The position numbers and the translations under genes were made by a program. Below the pieces are notes generated by a model. The model searched no databases, was not told the origin of the DNA, and worked only from the letters and a program-made list of their open reading frames with translations. A stretch of DNA of 64,000 bases from Candidatus Shapirobacteria bacterium (GTDB taxonomy: Bacteria; Patescibacteriota; Microgenomatia; UBA12405): the NCBI GenBank assembly GCA_041661765.1, contig JBAZTV010000001.1:300791-364790 (forward strand), given 5' to 3'. Shown one piece after another: positions 57,272-64,000 of the stretch. Numbering within the stretch: the stretch's first letter is position 1; each line of letters opens with the position of its first letter.

Positions 57272-58207
57272 ATGAAACGGGTTTTAACTGCCATTGCCCT
57301 TTCTGTTGTTCTGATAATTGCCGGAGTTTTTTCTTATATAAAAATTAATACCAATGCCGTTTCAGTCGATACTACTAACGTTATGTTTGCAATTAATAGC
57401 GGTGATGGTTTAGTTAATATTTCTCAAAAATTAAAATCCAAATCTTTAATTCGCGATCAAAATACTTTTTTGTTTTATGCTTATTATTTGGGATTAAATA
57501 AAAAAATCCAAGCCGGAACTTTCAGACTGTCTCCCTCTCTTTCCACTCCAGAAATTGTTGGCAAACTTTCCAAAGGCGGAGTTACTGATTATTGGTTAAA
57601 AATAATTGAGGGCACTCGTGTTGAAGAAAATATTTCCTCTTTTCCAAAAGGTACTTCATTTCTAGGTAAAGAAGGTTATCTTTTTCCAGATAGTTATTTA
57701 ATTCCTCAAAATTATACTGCCGACCAAATTTTTGAAATTATTCAATTAAATTTTGATAAAAAATTTGCCCAAGCCAAAGAGAATACCACTAATACCAAGC
57801 TGACCGACAAACAAATCTTGGTTTTAGCTTCCATTATCGAACATGAAGCCCGAACTTTAAAAGTAAAACAAGGAGTGTCGGGTGTTTTACTAAATAGAAT
57901 TAATTTAGGCATTCCTCTTCAATCCGATGTCACAGTTCAATATGCTCGCGATTCTAAAAATAAACCAGCTAAATATTGGCTAGACTTAGACGCCTCAGAC
58001 ATTTCCATTGTTTCTCCTTATAATACTTACAAAAATAATGGTCTTCCTCCAGCTCCAATTTGCAACCCAGGTTACGATTCCATTTACGCCGCTTTTCATC
58101 CAACTGAATCCAGCTATCTCTTTTACCTCACCGGCAACGATAATCAAATGCATTATGCCATCACCCTTGATGAGCACGACACCAACATTGAAAAATATTT
58201 GAAATAA
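57272..58207 (+). CDS. mltG: endolytic murein transglycosylase MltG (YceG family)
   Basis: N-terminal TM, YceG-like domain (ASIIEHEA, NTYKNNGLPPAPICNPG). Confidence 0.75.
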   Translation: MKRVLTAIALSVVLIIAGVFSYIKINTNAVSVDTTNVMFAINSGDGLVNISQKLKSKSLIRDQNTFLFYAYYLGLNKKIQAGTFRLSPSLSTPEIVGKLSKGGVTDYWLKIIEGTRVEENISSFPKGTSFLGKEGYLFPDSYLIPQNYTADQIFEIIQLNFDKKFAQAKENTTNTKLTDKQILVLASIIEHEARTLKVKQGVSGVLLNRINLGIPLQSDVTVQYARDSKNKPAKYWLDLDASDISIVSPYNTYKNNGLPPAPICNPGYDSIYAAFHPTESSYLFYLTGNDNQMHYAITLDEHDTNIEKYLK

Positions 58208-58258
58208 CCTATTTTAATTTAGTAACAATAAATAAAATAGATTTAGAATTTTAAGCAA

Positions 58259-60268
58259 TTAGATTAATTTAACATTTGGATAATTAATTCTAACTATTTT
58301 TCTCTCTTCTTCATTCATATTTACAAGATTAATAAAACCACTGATATTTTTTGGTAATGCCAATCCTTTTGCAGATTTGAGATTAAAAAGAATAAGATTA
58401 CCATTAATACTTTTCGGTAAAACCAATCCTTCAGCCGATTTAAGACCAGAAAGATCTAGACCACCATTAATAGTTTCTGATAAAACCAATCCTTTAATAG
58501 ATTTAAGACCGGAGAGCTTAAGATTACCATTAATACTTTTCGGTAAAACCAATCCTTCAGCCGATTTAAGACCAGAAAGATCTAGACCACCATTAATAGT
58601 TTCTGATAAAACCAATCCTTTAATAGATTTAAGACCGGAGAGCTTAAGATTACCATTAATACTTTTCGGTAAAACCAATCCTTCAGCCGATTTAAGACCA
58701 GAAAGATCTAGACTACCATTAATACTTTTTGGTAATATCAATCCTTTTGCGGATTCGAGATTAAAAAGATCTAGATCACCATTAATAGTTTCTGGTAAAA
58801 CCAATCCTTTAATAGATTCAAGACCAGAGAGAGTAATGCCACCATTAATACTTTTTGGTAATATCAACCCTTCAGCCGATTTAAGACCAGATAAAACAAA
58901 ATCACCATTAATATTTTCTGGTAAAACTAATCCTTTTATAGATGAAAGATTATAAAGTTTGAGATTACCATAATGAAATTTAATACCCCCTTTTAGAGCC
59001 TCTTCTTTTGTGACACTAATCTGATCTTTAAAGTAACCAGTAATAAAAGAAATATCGGATTTAATATCTCTTTTGTCTATAATTTCTTTAATTCTAGGAT
59101 CCTTTTTATATCCAAAACCTTCAATTCCACTATTTATTTCATAAATAAACAGTAATTCTTCTTTAGAAAGTTCTTCTTGATCATCTTTAACTTTTTTATC
59201 AATTAAAGTCAGAAATTTCATATCAGAATCTTTTTTATCAAACTTTTCCCCACCAGGAAGTTGACGATATTTTTCTTTAGCAATATCAGTCATATTACCT
59301 TCAAGATTTTGATCAGCATTAATACCCCTAACTTCAGCAACTTGACCATTTTCCATCCGAATAGCAATCCTAGGAATAGTGTTCTTATTATCTTGGTCTT
59401 TTGAATAATAAACATAAAAGTCACCTTTTATTAATTGTATTCTGGACGTTTCTTCCCCAGCTGTACACCAACCAGTTCCATGTCCTTGTAGTGATTCATA
59501 AAGTGGAATATGGTCATCACCTTGATTAAATTTAGTCCATTCACCTTCTATTTTTTCCTTGTTTTCTTTAGAGGCTGGTGTCACTTTATCAATAGCATAA
59601 GCATAAATTTTAGAAAAATTAGCTGAATCTAGAATCCTATTTAATTCTTCGTTATCATGTTTTTCGTGTTTAAGATAATGTTTTTCCAATACATCATAAG
59701 TAAAAGATAAGGCTTCTCTATTTAAGTCTGGAAAAATATTTGTAGTTTTTTTACTCCTTTTACCAAATTCTTTTTTATCTTTATCATAAGCTCCCATTTT
59801 GACTACATTCCTCATAGTATAGTATTTAAACCAAGAGGGATAAATAGAATCATTATCAGTTAAATAGTCTATCCAAGTATCTAATGATTGTTTTTGATCA
59901 TTATAAATGGTTTCACCAGCTTCTTTTTTATCAATATGCCCTAAATCACCTGCTTGACCTCTTTCTCTGGCTACCTTAAGTTGTAATTCAAAATAAGAAT
60001 CTGGAATATTATTTTTATCTATTAGAGCATCTGGATAAATAAACATCCTTTTAAATAAGTTTAATTTTCTTTCTTTAATATCTTCATTTGAATCATTAAA
60101 AAAAACATCCAATCTATCTAGGTAAACTTCATTTCTATCTGCGGGATTATTAGGAGTTTTAATACCTTCTTTTCTTTGTTTACTTTCTACCAACCTTTTA
60201 ACTTGAGCTGATTTTTGTAATTCAGGATATTTAAAATTTAAAAATTCTCCTCCACCTCTTTCACTCAT
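58259..60268 (-). CDS. protein with unknown ~400-aa N-terminal domain and C-terminal array of 21-residue leucine-rich repeats (G-L-x-L-P-x-x-I-N-G-x-L-x-L-S-G-L-K-S-A-E), no signal peptide
   Basis: Repeat array encoded by 63/126-bp tandem DNA repeats 58330..58960; N-terminal domain contains HGTGWCTAGEET segment. Confidence 0.6.
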   Translation of the reverse strand: MSERGGGEFLNFKYPELQKSAQVKRLVESKQRKEGIKTPNNPADRNEVYLDRLDVFFNDSNEDIKERKLNLFKRMFIYPDALIDKNNIPDSYFELQLKVARERGQAGDLGHIDKKEAGETIYNDQKQSLDTWIDYLTDNDSIYPSWFKYYTMRNVVKMGAYDKDKKEFGKRSKKTTNIFPDLNREALSFTYDVLEKHYLKHEKHDNEELNRILDSANFSKIYAYAIDKVTPASKENKEKIEGEWTKFNQGDDHIPLYESLQGHGTGWCTAGEETSRIQLIKGDFYVYYSKDQDNKNTIPRIAIRMENGQVAEVRGINADQNLEGNMTDIAKEKYRQLPGGEKFDKKDSDMKFLTLIDKKVKDDQEELSKEELLFIYEINSGIEGFGYKKDPRIKEIIDKRDIKSDISFITGYFKDQISVTKEEALKGGIKFHYGNLKLYNLSSIKGLVLPENINGDFVLSGLKSAEGLILPKSINGGITLSGLESIKGLVLPETINGDLDLFNLESAKGLILPKSINGSLDLSGLKSAEGLVLPKSINGNLKLSGLKSIKGLVLSETINGGLDLSGLKSAEGLVLPKSINGNLKLSGLKSIKGLVLSETINGGLDLSGLKSAEGLVLPKSINGNLILFNLKSAKGLALPKNISGFINLVNMNEEERKIVRINYPNVKLI
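58393..58770. repeat. three near-identical 126-bp tandem direct repeats (period confirmed at 58393/58519/58645), coding for LRR units on the minus strand
   Basis: Read directly; third copy diverges after ~70 nt; flanked by more diverged 63-bp units. Confidence 0.8.
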
Positions 60269-60341
60269 AAATTAATAATACATTACATCTATATTAAATA
60301 GATATACTACTACAATATGTAAAAAATTTATCTATTTAGCT

Positions 60342-61487
60342 TTAGGTATTGTTAATTTTTTTATTCACCAAATCATTTAAAATAACCCATCGCCTTTTCT
60401 TTTCCTTCATAGGAATTTCGTCTTTATAAATTTTTGCCGACACAGTCCCTTTTCTTGGAGAATATTTATTTATATAAGCAATTTCAAAACCAACCTTTTT
60501 ACAAAGATCAACCGTATTTTGAAAAGCTTTTTCATCTTCTCCCGGAAAACCAATAATTATATCAGTACTAAATCTGACATCTGAAATCTGAGATCTGATT
60601 TTCTTGACCAAGTCTAAATATTCTTTACTAGTGTAACCGCGATTCATATTTTTCAATACTTCATCATCACCAGCCTGAAACGGCAAATGGAGTAATCGGT
60701 CAATGTTTGGATATTTAGCAATGGTCTCAATTAATTCATCAGAAAAATCCCATGGATTACTGCTCACAAAAGAAATTTTTTTCAAATCTCTCTTGACCAC
60801 TTCTTCTAAAAGTTTTGGAAATAAACTCTTAAATCTTTTTTTACCCATCGATACCAATGTCGCTTCCGTAAAATCGTTTCCATACGAATTAACATTCTGT
60901 CCAATTAACATCACCTGCTTAAAACCATCTTTAACGGCTTTATCGATATCTTTTAAAATATCTTCCATTTTTCTCGATATTTCCGGACCTTTAGCAAAGG
61001 GGACAATGCAATAACTACAGAAATTACTACAACCAAAACTAATTGGAATCAAAGCCACCTCACTTTTTCCTCTCAATGGTTCAATTTCAAAACTAATTTT
61101 TTCAATTGGTAAAAATTCCGAAACTGTGGGAAAATCTCTTTTCAATTGACTTAATTTTTTACCCGTCTTATCTTTATGTGCCAATCCCGCCAAACACCCC
61201 GTCACAATAATTTTAATCTTTTTAAGTCCTCCTTTTTCAAGGGAGGATGCCCGAAGGGTAGGTGGGTTTCGATTTAATTTATCAATCTCATTTATCAAAC
61301 CATAAACTCTATTTTCCGCTGACTCTCGAATAATACAGGTATTAATAATCACCAAATCAGCCTTTTTCCAATTATCAGTTTCAATAAAACCTTTATTCCA
61401 ATAAAAAGCCTTAATTCTTTCCGAATCAGCCGTATTTTGAATACACCCAAAAGTTTTAATGAAAAATTTCATTGCCAATTCTATCAA
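60342..61487 (-). CDS. radical SAM methylthiotransferase, MiaB/RimO-like (short, no obvious TRAM domain)
   Basis: N-terminal MTTase domain (IKTFGCIQNTADSE), radical SAM CxxxCxxC (FGCSNFCSYC); contains in-frame GC-rich insertion encoded by 61228..61270. Confidence 0.7.
   Translation of the reverse strand: MIELAMKFFIKTFGCIQNTADSERIKAFYWNKGFIETDNWKKADLVIINTCIIRESAENRVYGLINEIDKLNRNPPTLRASSLEKGGLKKIKIIVTGCLAGLAHKDKTGKKLSQLKRDFPTVSEFLPIEKISFEIEPLRGKSEVALIPISFGCSNFCSYCIVPFAKGPEISRKMEDILKDIDKAVKDGFKQVMLIGQNVNSYGNDFTEATLVSMGKKRFKSLFPKLLEEVVKRDLKKISFVSSNPWDFSDELIETIAKYPNIDRLLHLPFQAGDDEVLKNMNRGYTSKEYLDLVKKIRSQISDVRFSTDIIIGFPGEDEKAFQNTVDLCKKVGFEIAYINKYSPRKGTVSAKIYKDEIPMKEKKRRWVILNDLVNKKINNT
61228..61270. 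repeat. GC-rich short element (family B), copy 2, in-frame within radical-SAM gene (minus-strand CDS)
   Basis: TCCTCCTTTTTCAAGGGAGGATGCCCGAAGGGTAGGTGGGTTTCG; contains TCCTCC/GGGAGGA inverted repeat. Confidence 0.55.
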
Positions 61488-61506
61488 AAAGTGAGAAAAT
61501 TTATTT

Positions 61507-62595
61507 ATGGATAACCAAACTAACGATCAAAAGTCTATCAAACAAACCTCAACACCTCCGAATTCTATTAATCCCGAGACCTCAACTTTAATCACCACCG
61601 AAAATCCAATATCAACCATTACTGAAATTCCAGTTCCTGAAACTGAATTACCCCCACTTCAACCCCAATCAGAAATCGAAGAAGCCATACCTTCAGATGA
61701 ATATAAAAATGAATATCAAGATGTTTTAGATCAATACGCCGCCACTCAAGAAACACCACCACCTATTATTCCGCCACCCACACTTACTGATTTAGGTATC
61801 ACCTCAACCCCTCCCCAAAATAATATTTTTAAAATCGTCTTTATTATTTCATTAATTGTTTTTGTTTTAACAGCTACTGTTTTAGCTTTTACTTACTTCA
61901 AAAGTCAAAATAATCAAGAAAGTTCCACTCCCAGCACTATTATTGAAGTTGCTCCCACCCAAACCGTCTCTGACACCTGTTTTTTAAATGATAAAACTTA
62001 TCAAGCAGGGGAATCATTCACCGCTACCGATGGTTGTAACACTTGTACCTGTGTATCTCAAAACAATATAAACTGCACTGACAAAGAATGTTCATCGTCA
62101 AAATCCGCCACTGAATCAGCTGCAAATTCAACCAAAACCGCCACATCTTCAAGTATTCCTAAAGATTGGAAAACTTATACTGATAGTCAGTACAACTTTT
62201 CAATTAATTATCCTTCAACTTGGACCAAAGAAACAAAATTAACAAACGATGAAGTATTTGCAATTTCCAGCCCCGAAAAAATAAAATCTCTTCAAGATCC
62301 AAATAATCATGAGGGTTATTCTGGCGATGATATAAATATTCAAGTCTATAAAGATTACAAAAATTCCTTAACTAAAAATCAATCACTCGAAGAATATTTA
62401 AAAAACAATGAATTATTTTCTAATGTTAAAAAAACAAAAATAGGAAATATAGATAGCTATGTTGTAGACGAGGGTGGTATGGCTATTACCCCTGCTTATT
62501 TCATTATTAACTCTAATAATGTCTTCAAGATAACTTCATTTTTAATATTCTCTCAGACAGAATTAAAAATTCTAGATTCTTTTAAACTCAATTAA
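61507..62595 (+). CDS. hypothetical membrane-anchored secreted protein (Pro-rich N-terminus, one TM, Cys-rich module, C-terminal globular domain)
   Basis: TM IFKIVFIISLIVFVLTATVLAF; Cys cluster DTCFLND...DGCNTCTCVSQNNINCTDKEC. Confidence 0.4.
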   Translation: MDNQTNDQKSIKQTSTPPNSINPETSTLITTENPISTITEIPVPETELPPLQPQSEIEEAIPSDEYKNEYQDVLDQYAATQETPPPIIPPPTLTDLGITSTPPQNNIFKIVFIISLIVFVLTATVLAFTYFKSQNNQESSTPSTIIEVAPTQTVSDTCFLNDKTYQAGESFTATDGCNTCTCVSQNNINCTDKECSSSKSATESAANSTKTATSSSIPKDWKTYTDSQYNFSINYPSTWTKETKLTNDEVFAISSPEKIKSLQDPNNHEGYSGDDINIQVYKDYKNSLTKNQSLEEYLKNNELFSNVKKTKIGNIDSYVVDEGGMAITPAYFIINSNNVFKITSFLIFSQTELKILDSFKLN

Positions 62596-62637
62596 AAAAT
62601 TTTTTTCAACGCAAATCATACTTGTTATTTTACAAAA

Positions 62638-62877
62638 ATGGAACAATCAACCAATTTCGAAACTCAAAATCCAATCCCTGACATCGAAATCCCAGTTTTA
62701 CCTTCCACTCCCACTCCAAATAAAAATATTTTTAAAATATTATTATTCATTTTTCTTGGATTATTTTTAATAATTTCATCAGTTTATCTCTATCTTTGGA
62801 TAAAAAGTGATCAACAATCCCAAAATTCTCAAACGGAAAGTCAAAATCAAATCACATTTTCTGCTAAAACTAATTAA
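62638..62877 (+). CDS. small membrane protein, N-terminal paralog fragment of upstream gene
   Basis: Shares Pro-rich lead + NIFKI(L/V) + TM arrangement with 61507..62595. Confidence 0.3.
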   Translation: MEQSTNFETQNPIPDIEIPVLPSTPTPNKNIFKILLFIFLGLFLIISSVYLYLWIKSDQQSQNSQTESQNQITFSAKTN

Positions 62878-62901
62878 ATTTCTTAACCCAAATTCTGCCT
62901 G

Positions 62902-62930
62902 TTGCCAACTCTTGACAAAGTGGATATAAT
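62902..62930 (+). promoter_or_regulatory. sigma70-like promoter for rpoB (TTGCCA-17-TATAAT)
   Basis: -35 62902..62907, spacer 17, -10 62925..62930, about 60 nt upstream of rpoB ATG. Confidence 0.45.
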
Positions 62931-62992
62931 ACCCCTATTCGGCCGAGCGGTTGGAACATAACTCGTCCTTTTCTTAATAATTAAATTTGTTG

Positions 62993-64000
62993 ATGCCTTC
63001 CGTTAAAAGAACTCAATGGGGTAAAAAATACCCAAACCTTCCAAAGTTAGATTTAATTCAAATTCAAAAAGAATCCTGGAAAGAATTCTTAGAAAAGGAA
63101 TTTATAGAAACTGTTAAATCAATTTCACCAATCAGCGACTATACCAGTAATAACTGGGAACTAGAGCTCGGTGAGTTGACTTACGACACCATCACTGTTT
63201 CCCCTGATCTTGCCAAAAGAAAAGGATTAAATTACACAGTTCCTGTTCGTGTCAAAGCCAAATTAAGTAACAAAAGAACCGGTAATGTTCGCGAAGAAGA
63301 TGTTTTCTTTTTAAACCTCCCCACCATGACTGATGAAGGTACCTTTATCGTTAATGGTATTGAGAGAGGTGTTATTAATCAATTAGTCCGATCCCCAGGT
63401 GTTTATTTTACTGGTGAAACCGATGCTGCCACTGGTAAAACTCTTTACAGTGCTGAAATTAGACCATCTCGTGGCTCTTGGCTCGAATTTTTTGTTGGTA
63501 AAAAAGATGTAGTTTTTGCCAGGATCGATCGAAAAAAGAAATTTCCAGCTACTATTTTCTTGCGAGCCGCTTGTCAAATGGGTGACAAACAATTAATTGC
63601 CGAATTTGGTGATTATATTTCCAGCACCATCAAGGCCGATATTTCCAAAACTCCTGACGAAGCCATTTTAGAATTTTATCGAAAACTCCGACCAGGCGAA
63701 CCAGTTGTTCTTGAAAATGCTCAAAAATTTTTCCATGAAAGATTTTTTGATCTTAGAACTTATGAATTAGGTAATGTTGGTCGTTATAAAATAAATAAAA
63801 AATTTGGTTTTAAATTCAATGACAACGACAAAGAAAATTGGGTTTTAAGAAAAGAAGACTTAGTTGCCACCGTCAAATATTTAGTCCAACTTCAAAAAGG
63901 TGAAGTTATTCGTCTTGACGACATCGACAGTCTTGCCAATCGTCGTCTCCGACGTTGTGGTGAAATAGTTTCTCAGATTGCTATTCGTCCAGCTTTAGCT
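62993..64000 (+). CDS. rpoB: DNA-directed RNA polymerase beta subunit, N-terminal part (continues beyond window)
   Basis: Translation MPSVKRTQWGKKYPNLPKLDLIQIQKESWKEF...GTFIVNGIERGVINQLVRSPGVYF... is open to the window end and matches RpoB N-terminal conserved regions; not in ORF track because it has no stop in window. Confidence 0.9.
   Translation, partial: MPSVKRTQWGKKYPNLPKLDLIQIQKESWKEFLEKEFIETVKSISPISDYTSNNWELELGELTYDTITVSPDLAKRKGLNYTVPVRVKAKLSNKRTGNVREEDVFFLNLPTMTDEGTFIVNGIERGVINQLVRSPGVYFTGETDAATGKTLYSAEIRPSRGSWLEFFVGKKDVVFARIDRKKKFPATIFLRAACQMGDKQLIAEFGDYISSTIKADISKTPDEAILEFYRKLRPGEPVVLENAQKFFHERFFDLRTYELGNVGRYKINKKFGFKFNDNDKENWVLRKEDLVATVKYLVQLQKGEVIRLDDIDSLANRRLRRCGEIVSQIAIRPALA

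Noticed and set aside
58377-58955. 192-aa + strand ORF full of RLPLILFGKTNPSADLRPE repeats
   Set aside because: It is the antisense reading of the tandem 126/63-bp LRR-coding repeats of the minus-strand gene 58259..60268; its periodicity is a by-product of the DNA repeat
58330-58960. Regular ~63-bp direct repeats that could be mistaken for a CRISPR array
   Set aside because: Repeats are contiguous with no unique spacers, lie entirely within a long ORF and encode LRR units
62878-62992. Possible tRNA between the small membrane protein and rpoB
   Set aside because: No tRNA-like structure found; region is better explained as the rpoB promoter (TTGCCA-17-TATAAT) and leader

Overview
Scope: this window is AT-rich (GC-poor) bacterial DNA, densely coding, and mostly on the + strand. 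The standard genetic code is in use, since TAA, TAG and TGA all terminate recognisable genes. No rRNA, tRNA or CRISPR array could be supported.

Gene content: most of the window is housekeeping. Recognisable genes are gatCAB, the hrcA-grpE-dnaK-dnaJ heat-shock cluster, nusA-infB-(DHH-like)-rpsO-pnp, rnj, proS, ftsK, alaS, ruvX, mltG, a MiaB-like radical SAM enzyme, dut, pyrF and the start of rpoB. Two UvrD-family helicases are present, one of them fused to a RecB-type nuclease domain. Cell-envelope genes include a sortase with an LPXTG-like substrate, a FemAB-like protein, a VanW-like protein, and a peptidase with cell-wall-binding repeats plus an M14 carboxypeptidase domain.

Taxonomy (inference only): reduced domain architectures (short IF2, HrcA, ProRS, AlaRS), sortase and FemAB genes, and the AT-rich compact layout suggest a small-genome, Gram-positive-like or CPR/Patescibacteria-type organism.

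Most notable observations:
1. A family of GC-rich perfect palindromes of the form GTAGAGACG...CGTCTCTAC occurs in at least 9 copies. They look like REP elements: they begin with GTAG, and an IS200-like REP-associated tyrosine transposase (RAYT) gene is present in the window. That RAYT gene is itself interrupted by one such hairpin inserted in-frame and by a TGG->TAG nonsense codon. Another copy is inserted in-frame in a UvrD helicase, and four copies sit in tandem upstream of alaS.
2. A DUF559 endonuclease-like gene is flanked by 14-bp perfect terminal inverted repeats and sub-terminal hairpins, wedged between dut and the cassette in item 3.
3. A three-gene cassette sits between the housekeeping genes dut and pyrF: a small WYL-like protein, a RecB-family PD-(D/E)xK nuclease (Shedu/DUF4263-like), and RmuC. 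This is a candidate defense or DNA-surveillance module.
4. A glycosylation cluster (UbiA-type DPPR-synthase-like prenyltransferase, PAP2 phosphatase, two GT-C glycosyltransferases, a methyltransferase and a DUF2298 protein) mirrors the logic of the mycobacterial decaprenyl-phospho-pentose pathway.
5. A second short GC-rich element occurs in-frame inside two unrelated genes.
6. A Lon AAA+ module is encoded without any protease domain.
7. A signal-less protein combines an unknown N-terminal domain with leucine-rich repeats that have been amplified by recent 126-bp tandem duplication.
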